A stretch of 58,123 bases of DNA from Candidatus Eiseniibacteriota bacterium (GCA_005893165.1 VBOR01000088.1:1-58123); one strand, 5' to 3'. Numbered from the stretch's first letter, positions 10,591 to 20,458 are shown. A program made the numbers and translations. The notes: generated by a model not told the origin, from the sequence alone.

Positions 10591-11607
10591 CTACGAGCGC
10601 TTGCCGTCGACCGAGGGAGTGGTCTCGAGGAGCTTCTGGATGATGTCGAGGCTCGAAATCCCGTCGGCTTCCGCGTTGAAGTTGGGAATGATCCGGTGAC
10701 GCAGCACGGAGGGCGCGACGGCCTTCGCGTCCTCGGCGCCGGGTGTCGGACGTCCGTGGAGCGCCGCGCGCGCCTTCGCTCCCAGCACGATGAACTGCGC
10801 GGCGCGCGGGCCCGCGCCCCAGCTCACCCAGTCGCGCACGAAGGGGGCGCTCTCGGGCCCGGGGCGGGAAGCGCGTGCCAGCCGAACCGCGTAGCTCACC
10901 ACGTGCTCCGCGACCGGGATCCGCCGCACGAGCTTCTGCAGATCGAGGATCTGCTCGACCCCCAGCACGGTCTTGGGCTCCGCCTCGTAGGCGCTCGTGG
11001 TCGTGGCGACGATTCGCTCCTCTTCCAGTTCGCTGGGATATCCGACGGAGATGTGGAACATGAAGCGGTCCAGCTGCGCTTCGGGCAGCGGATAGGTGCC
11101 TTCGAACTCGATCGGGTTCTGCGTCGCGAGGACGAAGAAAGGGAGCGAGAGCGGATAGGTCTCGCCGCCCGCGGTGACGCGATATTCCTGCATCGCCTGG
11201 AGGAGCGCCGCCTGGGTCTTGGGCGGGGTCCGGTTGATCTCGTCGGCCAGGATCATGTTGGCGAAGATCGGGCCATGGATGAATTTGAACGCGCGCCTGC
11301 CGGTGACCGGATCGTCCTCGAGAATCTCGGTGCCCGTGATGTCGGAGGGCATGAGGTCCGGGGTGAACTGGATCCGGCTGAACTTGAGGTCGAGGATCTT
11401 CGAGAGGGTCGAAACGAGCAGCGTCTTCGCGAGTCCCGGCACACCCACGAGAAGGCAGTGGCCGTTCGCGAAAAGCACCGTCAGGAGCTGCTCGACCACC
11501 TGGTCCTGGCCGACGATGACCTTGCGCAGCTCGCCCAGGATTGCGCCGCGCGCCTCTTTCAGATCTTCCAGGAGCCTGAGGTCGTCCTTCGGGACTGCCT
11601 GCGTCAT
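10591..11607 (-). CDS. MoxR-family AAA+ ATPase
   Basis: Walker A GHCLLVGVPGLAKT and Walker B ILADEINR. ATG 11607 is preceded by GGAG at about 9 nt. The ORF-track GTG 11622 remains possible. Confidence 0.9.
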   Translation of the reverse strand: MTQAVPKDDLRLLEDLKEARGAILGELRKVIVGQDQVVEQLLTVLFANGHCLLVGVPGLAKTLLVSTLSKILDLKFSRIQFTPDLMPSDITGTEILEDDPVTGRRAFKFIHGPIFANMILADEINRTPPKTQAALLQAMQEYRVTAGGETYPLSLPFFVLATQNPIEFEGTYPLPEAQLDRFMFHISVGYPSELEEERIVATTTSAYEAEPKTVLGVEQILDLQKLVRRIPVAEHVVSYAVRLARASRPGPESAPFVRDWVSWGAGPRAAQFIVLGAKARAALHGRPTPGAEDAKAVAPSVLRHRIIPNFNAEADGISSLDIIQKLLETTPSVDGKRS

Positions 11608-11762
11608 GTTTTCGTTCTCCACGGCCGTCCCGGGAGTGGACGTCCTAGAAATGGAGCGAGGGTATGCGGCCCGCTCCCATCAATGTGCATAAGTACGCCT
11701 CGTCTCGAGCGCCCGATCGAGCAGGGCTCACCGAAGCTTCTGACGCGGTGAGCCTTACCCGG

Positions 11763-11792
11763 TTATCCACCACACCCAGCGAGTTATCCACA
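11763..11792 (+). promoter_or_regulatory. Pair of direct DnaA boxes (TTATCCACC, TTATCCACA) between parB and the MoxR gene
   Basis: 11763-11771 TTATCCACC (8/9) and 11784-11792 TTATCCACA (9/9), in the same orientation, 12 nt apart. Confidence 0.6.
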
Positions 11793-11890
11793 AACTAGGC
11801 TTTTTTCGGCTTGGTTGAGGCTACGGGTAGTGCTGCCCCGATCCCTCTTCTACTGCCGGCGGGCGTGAGCTTCGGCTTCGAGGCGCGCGA

Positions 11891-12629
11891 TTATCGCGCT
11901 TCCGCTGCCAAGGATCGAAGCACATTCACGAGGCGGTCGAGCTCCTCTTCGGAGTGGTAGTCGATGTAGATCGAACCGGTGCCCCCGCGCCGGCGCGTAA
12001 CCCGAACCCGCGTAGGCCTTCTCGCTGGTGAGCGCGAGAAGGGCTCTCGCGTGCCCGGCGCTGATGCTCCCGGTCTCGAGGAAGGCCTGGATTTCAGCTG
12101 GTAAGTTATTGAATCTAAGGATGTTGGAAACAGTAGAGCGATCCTTGCCAACCCGCTGGCCAATTTCCTCGTGAGGCAGTCCGTATTCCATTGTTAGCCG
12201 ATAATATGCACGGGCCTCGTCCATGGGATTCAGATTCTCCCTCTGGACGTTTTCGATCAGCGCGATGAGCAGTGCTTCGCGGTCGGTGAACTGCCGGACG
12301 ATCGCGGGGATCGTCTCGAGCCCCGCCTCGCGGGCGGCAAGGAACCGGCGCTCGCCGGCGACGATCTGGAACGCGCCAGCGGAGGGGCGGAGCAGTACGG
12401 GCTGAAGGACCCCGCGCTCGCGGATGGAGGTCGCGAGGTCGCGGATGGTGTTCGGGTCGAACTGCGTTCTCGGCTGGGCCGGATTCCGGACGATCTTGTC
12501 CAGCGTGACGTGCTGGATCTCACCCTGGCGAGGCTCGACCGCGCGCAGCTCGGGGGTAACCGCGACTTCCCGGTTAGCCGCCGATGGAATGAGGGACGCT
12601 AGCCCGCGTCCCAATGCCTTCCTGGCCAT
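11891..12629 (-). pseudogene. parB: Chromosome partitioning protein ParB/Spo0J, interrupted by an internal deletion plus frame change near 12007-12023
   Basis: The N-terminal frame runs from ATG 12629: MARKALGRGLASLIP...GERRFLAAREAGLETIPAIV...GHARALLALTSEK. The true C-terminus is in another frame (ORF 11891..12163): TRVRVTRRRGGTGSIYIDYHSEEELDRLVNVL. The helix-rich linker, including the usual SVRE segment, is missing. Confidence 0.85.
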
Positions 12630-13386
12630 GATTGAGCACCTCGCTCGCAAGGTTCATGTAGCTCACCGATCCGACACAGGCAGGATCGTAAACGACGACC
12701 GGCTTGCCGAAACTCGGCGCCTCGCTCAGTCGGACGTTTCGTGGGATCACCGTGTGGTAGACCCGTTCCGCGAAATACCGCCGGGTCTCGTCCATCACCT
12801 GCTGTGACAGATTCAGGCGATTGTCGTACATCGTCAGGAGGACTCCCTCGATCATGAGAGCGGGATTCAGCCCCTGCTGCACGAGGCGTATCGCGCCCAA
12901 TAGATGACTCAACCCCTCGAGCGCGTAGTACTCGCACTGCACGGGGACGAGCACCGAGTTGGCCGCGGTGAGCGCGTTGACCGTGAGGAGGCCCAGGGAG
13001 GGAGGGGCATCGATGAGGATGTACTCATAGCGATCGTCCAGGGGAGCGAGCGCGTCCTTGAGCCGGTACTCACGGCGCTCGGCGTCGACCAGCTCCACTT
13101 CCGCCCCAGCAAGGCGCTGCCCCGACGGGATGAATCCCAGGCCCGCGATGCCTGAGTCCACGATGGCCTGATCCGCCGCGAGCCCGCCGGTGAGGATTTC
13201 GTAGATCCCGCGGTTTGTGTTCTTGAGGTTTGGAAAGCCGAGGCCGCTGCCTGCGTTTCCCTGGGGGTCGAGATCGACGAGGAGGACTGTCTTGTTGTTC
13301 AGTGCCAGCGCGGCCGAGAGATTCACGGCCGTCGTGGTCTTGCCAACGCCACCCTTCTGATTCGCGATCGCCACCGTTCTGGCCAT
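12574..13386 (-). CDS. parA: Chromosome partitioning ATPase ParA/Soj
   Basis: ORF 12574..13452 trimmed to ATG 13386. MARTVAIANQKGGVGKTTT is the deviant Walker A. Overlaps the parB start by 56 nt. Confidence 0.9.
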   Translation of the reverse strand: MARTVAIANQKGGVGKTTTAVNLSAALALNNKTVLLVDLDPQGNAGSGLGFPNLKNTNRGIYEILTGGLAADQAIVDSGIAGLGFIPSGQRLAGAEVELVDAERREYRLKDALAPLDDRYEYILIDAPPSLGLLTVNALTAANSVLVPVQCEYYALEGLSHLLGAIRLVQQGLNPALMIEGVLLTMYDNRLNLSQQVMDETRRYFAERVYHTVIPRNVRLSEAPSFGKPVVVYDPACVGSVSYMNLASEVLNHGQEGIGTRASVPHSIGG

Positions 13387-13492
13387 CCACCCACTCTCCC
13401 TGACTACCCCACGAGATCGCTTGCGCCATCCCGCATCCTTGCCGGGGGCCAAGGGGCAGAATAATCAAGGAGGAAGAGAAAGGCAAAGGAAA

Positions 13493-13530
13493 ATGTTTCA
13501 CGTGAAACTTTGTGGTAAGTCCATGCAAAT
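13493..13530 (+). repeat. Left arm of a 38-nt inverted repeat (parS plus 22 nt)
   Basis: ATGTTTCACGTGAAACTTTGTGGTAAGTCCATGCAAAT. By hand alignment, 32/38 positions are identical to the reverse complement of 13949-13986. Confidence 0.75.
13494..13509. other. parS centromere site (TGTTTCACGTGAAACT, 15/16 to the palindromic consensus)
   Basis: Read directly from the sequence. About 110 nt upstream of the parA start. Confidence 0.85.
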
Positions 13531-13948
13531 GATTTACTTAACATTGCGCGTACGCGGCCGAAGGCCCCCGTCGATAGGAAGTTCTCGGATTTCGGGCGTT
13601 CGTAGCGGGGGTCATCGGGTACGAGGCATCCCGGAAGCCCACCAATAGGGCACGGGGCGCGGGCCTCGATCGCGGCTGTTCGGCGGGTACGCCGGTGATG
13701 AAGGTGGCTGCTGGGGCCCGGTGGTCAGGTCGCCTCGGCTGTGCCGTCGTCTTGCGTGTACCGAGCGTGGGCGGCCTCCACGACCCCGGCATCCTGTGCG
13801 AGAGCACAGCGGCTCGAGTCTCGGGGCAGGCACCTTGGGTTCGGTGCCGCGGACCCGATCCGCGCGTTTCGGGAATAGAAAGCAACCGGGGACGAAGCGC
13901 GATGGGCCGGTGCGGCTGGTGGGCCCTTGAATTTCGATTAACATGCGT

Positions 13949-13986
13949 ATTTGCAATGACTTAATCCAATGTTTCACGTGAAACAT
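13949..13986 (-). repeat. Right arm of the 38-nt inverted repeat (parS plus 22 nt)
   Basis: The reverse complement reads ATGTTTCACGTGAAACATTGGATTAAGTCATTGCAAAT. Confidence 0.75.
13970..13985. other. parS centromere site (TGTTTCACGTGAAACA, perfect palindrome)
   Basis: Read directly from the sequence. 60 nt downstream of the rsmG stop. Confidence 0.9.
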
Positions 13987-14044
13987 CCCATGCGGGAGCC
14001 TCGGATCAGGGTTGGGCGGGGCGTCGAACTGCTGGGACTGAAGG

Positions 14045-14761
14045 CTAGCGCTGCCTCGCGACGGCGGGACCCGGAGGGAAGTAGCCACGGAGCAACCTGC
14101 CGCCGAAAGCGCCGGGCAGGACCGATGCCCACTCGCCCGTCGGGCCCAGCTGCTCGATGAGGAGGTCGGGCGAAGTGTCCGCCCCCAGGAAGTAGATCCA
14201 CTCCGCGCCGGGGACCGCGACCCGCTCCGCCGAGCGCAGCACATCGGGCAGATCCCCCAGGGCCCTGACGTAGACGGCCCGGTGCGGCTCGGCCGTCCAG
14301 CTGCGCCCGTACTCCTCCAACCGTCCGCAGGCGACCGTCACGTTCCGGATCCCCAGCTCGCGCACCGCACGCTCCAGGAACCCTGCCTTCTTCTCTCGCG
14401 ATTCCAGAATGGTGACCCGTGTCCCGGGCCAGACGATCGCCAACGGGATCCCGGGGAATCCTCCTCCGCTGCCTATGTCCAGCGCGGAGGGCGGGGGCGG
14501 CGATTGAATGTCGAGAGGGTTCAGCGAATCGAGAATGTGGCGGGTATACAGGACCGTGCGATCCCCGCGCGCGACGAGCGAGAGTTGCGCCACCTGGGTG
14601 TACACGAGCTGGCCGAAACGCGCGAGCAGCTGCACGGCCTCGATCGAGAGCACGCCCGATTCGATCCGCTCGGCGACGCGGTCCTTGAACTCACCGAAGT
14701 CCGGCTCGAGGTCACGAGGTAGCTGGAGAGAGATCTGCACGCCTACGCTCCCGTTCCGCAT
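14045..14761 (-). CDS. rsmG: 16S rRNA (guanine527-N7)-methyltransferase
   Basis: Motifs [10 protein letters not shown] and [16 protein letters not shown] (SAM-binding). The start is uncertain: ATG 14761 overlaps the mnmG end by 50 nt, and GTG 14740 is an alternative. Confidence 0.85.
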   Translation of the reverse strand: MRNGSVGVQISLQLPRDLEPDFGEFKDRVAERIESGVLSIEAVQLLARFGQLVYTQVAQLSLVARGDRTVLYTRHILDSLNPLDIQSPPPPSALDIGSGGGFPGIPLAIVWPGTRVTILESREKKAGFLERAVRELGIRNVTVACGRLEEYGRSWTAEPHRAVYVRALGDLPDVLRSAERVAVPGAEWIYFLGADTSPDLLIEQLGPTGEWASVLPGAFGGRLLRGYFPPGPAVARQR

Positions 14762-16619
14762 AGATCACGAGGACCGCCGCATCCGCGGGCGAGACGCCGG
14801 CGACCCGAGCCGCCTGTGCGACCGTGCTCGGGCGGATCTTCCCGAGCTTCTCGCGTCCCTCTCTAGAGAGCTCGGCCAGAGGTTCGTCCCAGAGCGAATC
14901 CGCCAGATGCAGGTGCTCATATCGCGCCGTCCTCTCGACCTCGCGAAGCTGCCTTCGAATGTATCCCTCGTAGCGCACCTCGATGCAGGCCGACTCTACG
15001 GTCTCGCGAGAGAGATCCGCAAGCTCAGGGCGGTTGATGACGTCTTCGACCGAGAGGGTCCCGTTGCAGAGAAGCTGGGCGAGCGGCTCGGCCCTCGCTG
15101 TCGCGACGGCTCCTCGCTCGACGCCATAGGTCGAACCCCGGCCCTCGGTGCCCGAGTCCGGAATTGCTTCCCCCAAGACCCGAGCGCCACGCAGGCGCGT
15201 GACCGCGGTCTCCCGGTCCAGAGTCCACTTCTCGCAGGCCCCGATCTCCTCCGGACTCAGTGTCCCGAGCTCGCGGGCATGCGGAAGAAGCCGATCGATC
15301 ACGTTATCTTGCCGCAGCAGCAAGCGATACTCGGCGCTGGACGTGAACATCCGGTAGGGCTCCTCGGTTCCCTTAGTTACTAGATCGTCAATTAACACAG
15401 CAAGATACGCCTCTTCTCGTCCGAGCCGCAGCGCCCGCCGTCCCTGGATTCCCAGCGCCGCATGGATGCCGGCGTACAGTCCCTGCGCCGCCGCTTCTTC
15501 GTATCCCGACGTGCCGTTGATCTGTCCCGCCAGGTAGAGCCCCTCGATCGTGCGCGTCTCCAGCGTCGGCTTGAGCTGGTTCGGCGGGACGAAATCGTAT
15601 TCGACCGCGTAGCCGGGGCGGATCATCTCGACCTCTTCCAGTCCCGGGATCGAGCGTAAGACTGCTATCTGGATCTCCTCGGGCAGGCTCGTGGACAGAC
15701 CGTTGATGTAGTACTCGTGCGTCGTGCGCCCTTCCGGCTCGATGAAGATCTGATGGGCCGGCTTCTCCGCAAAGCGCACCACCTTGTCCTCGATCGAAGG
15801 GCAGTAGCGCGGCCCGATTCCGCGAATCTTCCCGGTGTAGAGGGGAGAGCGATCCAGATTGGCGCGGATGAGCGCGTGCGTCTCCTCGGTCGTGTGCGTG
15901 AGATGGCACAGGATCTGGTCCACCTGGAGCGCAGGCGTGAAATGGGAGAAGGGACGCGGCGGCTCGTCGCCTGGCTGCTCGAGCATGCGCGAGAAATCGA
16001 TCGTGTCGCGGTGGATCCGCGGCGGCGTGCCCGTCTTGAGCCGGAGCACGCGAAATCCAAGCTCGGCGATGCATTCCGAGAGTCCGCGCGAGGGAGCTTC
16101 GCCGACGCGACCGCCCGCCAGCGTGCGATCTCCGATGTGCATCAGGCCGTTCATGAACGTGCCGGGCGTGACCACCACGGCTTCGGCCTCGATGGCGCCG
16201 CCGTCCTTGAGCTCCACGCCGTGCACGCGTCCCTTCCGCACGAGAAATCCCACGACCTGCGCCTGGACCAGCGTCACTCCCGGCGTCCGCTCGAGGTGCG
16301 TGCGGACGATGTCGCGGTAGAGCGCCTTGTCCTCCTGCGCGCGCGGGGACCACACGGCGGGGCCTCGCGCCCGGTTCAGCATCTTGAACTGGATGCCGGC
16401 GCGGTCCGCCATCCTCGCCATGATGCCGCCGAGAACGTCGATCTCCCGGACCAGATGTCCCTTCGCGAGTCCGCCGATCGCGGGGTTGCAGGACATCTGC
16501 GCGATGGCGTCGAGGCTCATGGTGACGAGTGCTACCTCGACGCCCATGGCCGCCGCGATGCACGCGGCTTCGCATCCTGCGTGTCCGGCGCCGACGACGA
16601 CGAGCGGGTAGCGGCTCAT
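14712..16619 (-). CDS. mnmG: tRNA uridine 5-carboxymethylaminomethyl modification enzyme
   Basis: ORF 14712..17060 trimmed to ATG 16619, which forms an ATGA overlap with the mnmE stop. [19 protein letters not shown] is the FAD-binding fold. Also LKTGTPPRI and [16 protein letters not shown]. The 147-codon extension in the ORF track is Arg-rich junk overlapping mnmE. Confidence 0.95.
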   Translation of the reverse strand: MSRYPLVVVGAGHAGCEAACIAAAMGVEVALVTMSLDAIAQMSCNPAIGGLAKGHLVREIDVLGGIMARMADRAGIQFKMLNRARGPAVWSPRAQEDKALYRDIVRTHLERTPGVTLVQAQVVGFLVRKGRVHGVELKDGGAIEAEAVVVTPGTFMNGLMHIGDRTLAGGRVGEAPSRGLSECIAELGFRVLRLKTGTPPRIHRDTIDFSRMLEQPGDEPPRPFSHFTPALQVDQILCHLTHTTEETHALIRANLDRSPLYTGKIRGIGPRYCPSIEDKVVRFAEKPAHQIFIEPEGRTTHEYYINGLSTSLPEEIQIAVLRSIPGLEEVEMIRPGYAVEYDFVPPNQLKPTLETRTIEGLYLAGQINGTSGYEEAAAQGLYAGIHAALGIQGRRALRLGREEAYLAVLIDDLVTKGTEEPYRMFTSSAEYRLLLRQDNVIDRLLPHARELGTLSPEEIGACEKWTLDRETAVTRLRGARVLGEAIPDSGTEGRGSTYGVERGAVATARAEPLAQLLCNGTLSVEDVINRPELADLSRETVESACIEVRYEGYIRRQLREVERTARYEHLHLADSLWDEPLAELSREGREKLGKIRPSTVAQAARVAGVSPADAAVLVIYAERERRRADLSPATS

Positions 16620-18052
16620 TTGCCGATGCAGAACTGGGAGAAGATCGCGCCGACCACGTCCTGGTCGACGCCGCGGCCCACGATCTCGCCCAGCGCGCGC
16701 CGCGCCTCCGTGAGGTCGACGGCCACGAGATCGTAGGGAGCGTCGGCACGAAGCGAGCGCTCGGCGCGGTCGAGCTCCTCGAGGATCTCTGACAGGAGCG
16801 ATTCCTGCCTGAGGCTCGTGGTGGGCAGCTCCTCGCCGGGGGCGGACCCGGAAAGCCGCCTCAACGAAGCCCGCAGGGCCTCGCGCAGCGCCTCGGCGCC
16901 CCCGGAGCGAACCGCGACGGTCGCGACCTCTCCGAGGAGCTGCGTCCGCGGGACCTCGAGGGCCGGAAGAACCGCGATTTCCGCAGCGGCGGGCCTCGTC
17001 GCGACCCCGCCACCGTTCCCCGCAGAGCCCGAAGCCTCCACGAGGTCGGCCTTGTTCCATGCCACCACCACGGGCCGGTCCCCGATCATCGCGAGCGCGG
17101 CCCGATCTTCCTCCTCACGCGGATCGGACCGGTCCAGGACCAGGATCGCGAGGTCCGCGCGCCTCACCGCGTCCCTCGTGCGGTCGAGCCCCAGACGCTC
17201 CACCCGCTCCTCGGGCTGACGCACCCCTGCCGCGTCGCACAGCCGGCATTCCACGCCGTCCAGCCAGATCGATTCCTCGACCGTGTCGCGGGTCGTGCCC
17301 GGAACCTCGCTCACGATGGCGCGCTCGAATCCCACGAGTGCGTTCAGGAGGCTCGACTTCCCCACGTTGGGGCGGCCGACGAACGCGACGCGGACTCCCT
17401 GCTCCCGCCTCCGGGAGGCCGGAAGCGCCGCGACCCACTCGCGCACCGGCCCCGCAACCTCTGCGCACCGGTCCGCCAACACAGCGCAGTCCAGCGCCTC
17501 CTCCACATCGTTCGGGAAATCGATCCGCGCCTCGACCTCGGCCAGGAGCTCCACGAGCTGCCGGTCCAGCTCTGTCACGCGGCGCGACAGAGCGCCCCCC
17601 AGCGCCGAATGCGCCGCGCGCGCGGCGCGATCGGACCTCGACTTCACCAGCGCCGCGACCGCTTCGGCCTGCGCGAGATCGATCTTTCCGTTCCGGTACG
17701 CGCGCTCCGTGAACTCGCCCGGACGCGCGGGCCGCGCGCCCGCCTCCACCAAGGAAGCCAGGATCGCGACGGGAATCACCGCGCCGCCGTGCGAGGAAAT
17801 CTCGACCACGTCTTCGCCGGTGTAGGAATGGGGCGCGCGAAAGACCGAGATCAGAACGGTATCGAGGGGTGAATCGTCGGAGGCGAGAAAGGTGCCGAAG
17901 AGGATCCGGTGGGAGCCGCTATCGCGCGGCGATCGCGTCCCCCGGAATCGCCGCGACGCGAGGTCCAGAGCCCTGGGTCCGCTCACGCGGACCACGGCGA
18001 TGGCGGATTCTCCTGGGGCCGTGGCCTGCGCCACGATGGTTTCGTTTTCCAC
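16616..18052 (-). CDS. mnmE: tRNA modification GTPase
   Basis: G1 motif [15 protein letters not shown]4 motif WNKADL, and the C-terminal FCIGK motif. GTG start. Confidence 0.95.
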   Translation of the reverse strand: MENETIVAQATAPGESAIAVVRVSGPRALDLASRRFRGTRSPRDSGSHRILFGTFLASDDSPLDTVLISVFRAPHSYTGEDVVEISSHGGAVIPVAILASLVEAGARPARPGEFTERAYRNGKIDLAQAEAVAALVKSRSDRAARAAHSALGGALSRRVTELDRQLVELLAEVEARIDFPNDVEEALDCAVLADRCAEVAGPVREWVAALPASRRREQGVRVAFVGRPNVGKSSLLNALVGFERAIVSEVPGTTRDTVEESIWLDGVECRLCDAAGVRQPEERVERLGLDRTRDAVRRADLAILVLDRSDPREEEDRAALAMIGDRPVVVAWNKADLVEASGSAGNGGGVATRPAAAEIAVLPALEVPRTQLLGEVATVAVRSGGAEALREALRASLRRLSGSAPGEELPTTSLRQESLLSEILEELDRAERSLRADAPYDLVAVDLTEARRALGEIVGRGVDQDVVGAIFSQFCIGK

Positions 18053-18069
18053 CCTCGCCCATGCCTCGG

Positions 18070-18882
18070 CTACGCGCGGGAGCCGCGCTCCTCATCGCGC
18101 CGGATGATCACGCGCTTGAAGAGGCCGTCCCCGATGCTCACGCTCGTGAAGGCGTCCGCCTCCGCGACTTCCAGGTGAACGATGCGGCGCTCGATCGCGG
18201 AGAGGGGCTCGGTCGAGGCCTCGTGCCCGGTCTCGCGCACCTCGTCGATCAATTGACGCGCCAGCTCGCGGAGGCTCTCCACGCGGCGGTCGCGGAACCC
18301 CGCGACGTCCACCTCGACCCGCGGGATCGCCTGCTCGGGAGCCCGGGCGCGAAGCATCCGCGCGACGAGGTGCTGGAGCGCGGCAAGCGTCTCGCCCTCG
18401 CGCCCGATGAGGAACTGGTCCTTGTCCCCCGCCTTCACCCCCACCCGGATTCCATCGCGGGTCTTCTCCGCCGTGACGTCGGAGGGGAATCCCATTTCCA
18501 TCACGATCCCGGCGGCGACCTCGCGCACGTTCTCCACGAGCTCCGGCGTGATGAGGGACGCGTCCAGCGGAGGAGGCGGCGGGCCGTAGGCCTCCATGGA
18601 AACTCCGCGGCGGCCCCCGCGTCGTTCCTCCCCCACCGCGGAGCTTTGCCGGCGCACCGCGCTCGCGGGAATACGCCCCGCGCCGTCGGGAGGCGACGTA
18701 GGATCGCGCCGCCAGGCGCGAAGCTTCACCGGTCGGAATCCGCCGAGCGAGTTCGCCGAGCGACCCGGATCCACGACTTCCACCGCGAGGTCCTTGGGGC
18801 TGATCCCGAGCCGGTCCGCCGCCTGGTGGACGGCGTCTCCGTAGCTCGCGGCTTCGACCTGTATGGATTCGTTCGTTTCCAT
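18070..18882 (-). CDS. jag: Jag/KhpB-type RNA-binding protein (Jag_N, KH, R3H)
   Basis: ORF 18070..18939 trimmed to ATG 18882 (METNESIQVEAASYGDAV). The KH/R3H-like C-terminus includes FLIGREGETLAALQHLV and EPLSAIERRIVH. Conserved position after yidC. Confidence 0.8.
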   Translation of the reverse strand: METNESIQVEAASYGDAVHQAADRLGISPKDLAVEVVDPGRSANSLGGFRPVKLRAWRRDPTSPPDGAGRIPASAVRRQSSAVGEERRGGRRGVSMEAYGPPPPPLDASLITPELVENVREVAAGIVMEMGFPSDVTAEKTRDGIRVGVKAGDKDQFLIGREGETLAALQHLVARMLRARAPEQAIPRVEVDVAGFRDRRVESLRELARQLIDEVRETGHEASTEPLSAIERRIVHLEVAEADAFTSVSIGDGLFKRVIIRRDEERGSRA

Positions 18883-18904
18883 TGCGCGATCTCGGTGGCC
18901 TGGC

Positions 18905-20458
18905 TCAGCCCTGTGCGGAGAGCCTTCGATCCTCGGCAAGGTTGACCATGTACTGCTGGAGCGCGGATAGCAGGTTATTCACGGTCCAGTACAGGACCAC
19001 ACCGGACGGAAAACTATACATGAAGAACAGCATGAAGAGGGGCATGACGTACATCATCCCCTTCTGGGCCGGAGCCACCGGCGTCTGCGATTGGAGCACG
19101 TAGGTGCTCGCGGTCATGATCATCGGCATGAGGTGCACCGGGAATCCGCCGACCGTCATGAGCACGTCGGGAGCCGAGAGGTCCCGGATGTATCCCACGA
19201 AGCCCGACGCGCGGAGCTCGATCGAGTAGAGGAGGATGTTGTAGAGCCCGATGAACACGGGCACTTGCAGGAGCATGGGCAGGCACCCCGACATGGGGTT
19301 TACCTTGTTCTCCTTGTAGAGCGCCATCATCGCCTGGTTCAGCTTCATCGGATCGTTCTTGTACTTCTCCTGCATCTCTTTGATCTGGGGCTGCAGGTGG
19401 TGCATGATTTTCATCGAGCGGAGGCTCGACTGCGTGAGCGGAGAGAAGAGGAGCTTGGTCCCCGCGGCCAGAACGATGATCGCCACGCCGTAGTTCGGAA
19501 TGACCTTGTAGAGCAGATTCAGGCACTTGAGGAGGAGGACGCTGACCCCCCGCAGCCACCTCCAGCCCAGGTTCGCGACCTCATCCAGCCCCGCCCCGAT
19601 CGCCGCCAGCGTTTCATAGTGAATGGGCCCGGCGTAGACGCGGGCGTGACGCGTGACCTCGGCGCCCGGTGAGGCGGTCCCGAGGAGCCAGGCCGTCGTC
19701 AGCCCCGCTCCCTCGTTCCGGAACGCCACCTCCGACACGGTTCCCGAATCCGGAAGGACCGCGGCGATGAAGTACTTGCTGCGGCTCGCGACCCAGCGGA
19801 CGTTCCCCGAAACGACCCGTTCCGGCGCGGCCACCTTCGATCCGGCGACGTGCTCCAGCTTCGTTCCCAGGAGCGCCACGGCCTGGAGCTGATTCGGCTG
19901 CGTCGAGGGCTCGGTGATCGGAAGGGGTGTTCCCCACCCGAGGCGGTAGCGGACCGGGCCCAGCTCCGGGGGCGCCGAGACGCGGATCTCCGTGTCGAGG
20001 AGGCGCCGGTCGTTCCCGATGCGGTAGCTCCTCACGACGCGGATCCCGCTCGCATCGCGAGCCTCGAAGCTCAGGACCCCTTGCGCCGCGTGGTCCTCCA
20101 CGATCCGAAACGGAGCCTGGGAGAAATCGAGCGCGCGGCCGCCCGCCTCCACGATGACCCCGTAGGCGCGGGTGCCCTGCGGAACGAGATCGACGGGGCG
20201 GTTCCGGACTTCATCCTTGTAGCCGGGAAGGACCCAGTCGGCGATCGCGGCGCCGTCGCTCGTGATCGTCACCTGGAAGTGCTCCGTGCTCAGATCGCGC
20301 ACCTCGGCGGGGGCCGCGGACCCGCCCGGCTGCGATCCGCTTCCCTGCTGCAACGGGACCGGCTTGGGCTTGGGCCGCCAGAAGCGTGGCGAGATCGCCT
20401 GGTCGAGGAACAGCACGGCCATGATCATCACCATGGCGAGGAGGACTTTGCGATCCAT
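18905..20458 (-). CDS. yidC: Membrane protein insertase YidC (with a large periplasmic domain)
   Basis: 517 aa. Motifs PMSGCLPMLLQVPVFIGLY and PSGVVLYWTVNNLLSALQQ. Confidence 0.95.
   Translation of the reverse strand: MDRKVLLAMVMIMAVLFLDQAISPRFWRPKPKPVPLQQGSGSQPGGSAAPAEVRDLSTEHFQVTITSDGAAIADWVLPGYKDEVRNRPVDLVPQGTRAYGVIVEAGGRALDFSQAPFRIVEDHAAQGVLSFEARDASGIRVVRSYRIGNDRRLLDTEIRVSAPPELGPVRYRLGWGTPLPITEPSTQPNQLQAVALLGTKLEHVAGSKVAAPERVVSGNVRWVASRSKYFIAAVLPDSGTVSEVAFRNEGAGLTTAWLLGTASPGAEVTRHARVYAGPIHYETLAAIGAGLDEVANLGWRWLRGVSVLLLKCLNLLYKVIPNYGVAIIVLAAGTKLLFSPLTQSSLRSMKIMHHLQPQIKEMQEKYKNDPMKLNQAMMALYKENKVNPMSGCLPMLLQVPVFIGLYNILLYSIELRASGFVGYIRDLSAPDVLMTVGGFPVHLMPMIMTASTYVLQSQTPVAPAQKGMMYVMPLFMLFFMYSFPSGVVLYWTVNNLLSALQQYMVNLAEDRRLSAQG

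Noticed and set aside
13531-13948. Tested whether the 418-nt core is a known housekeeping RNA (RNase P RNA, tmRNA, SRP/4.5S RNA).
   Set aside because: On neither strand could I find the invariant strings: GAGGAAAGUCCGGGC and ACAGAAnCCGGCUUA for RNase P, the tRNA-like GGUUCGAnUCC...CCACCA 3' end for tmRNA, or GGUCAGGUCCGGAAGGAAGCAGCC for SRP RNA. It therefore remains unassigned, not identified.
13923-13960. CCCTTGAA (a perfect sigma32-type -35 element) next to the right parS arm.
   Set aside because: There is no CCCCAT-like -10 at the required 13-17 nt spacing, and no downstream gene in that orientation.
13421-14160. Several track ORFs contain or start with MFHVK(H) (13421..13648 +, 13969..14160 +, 13070..13528 -, 13612..14244 -).
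   Set aside because: This is an artefact of the parS palindrome. ATGTTTCACGTGAAACAT reads ATG-TTT-CAC-GTG-AAA on both strands, so ORF callers pick it up in both directions. It is not evidence of a gene.
13612-14244. ORFs inside the rsmG-parA island (13612..14244 -, 13538..13885 -, 13695..13964 +, 13721..13930 +).
   Set aside because: There is no SD. The translations are Arg/Pro/Trp/Cys-rich junk. Third-position G+C is only at the background level, whereas genuine genes here are strongly G/C-biased at third positions. One of these ORFs overlaps rsmG out of frame.
14712-17060. Long N-terminal extensions in the ORF track: mnmG to 17060, surA-like to 2304, BatA-like to 9780, parA to 13452, rnpA to 21117, jag to 18939, gyrB from 25909, the carboxypeptidase to 36811, and the lipoproteins to 33026 and 51698.
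   Set aside because: The extensions overlap the upstream gene, are Arg/Gly/Pro-rich, and precede an internal start that yields the canonical N-terminus or a signal peptide, often in a 4-nt start-stop overlap.
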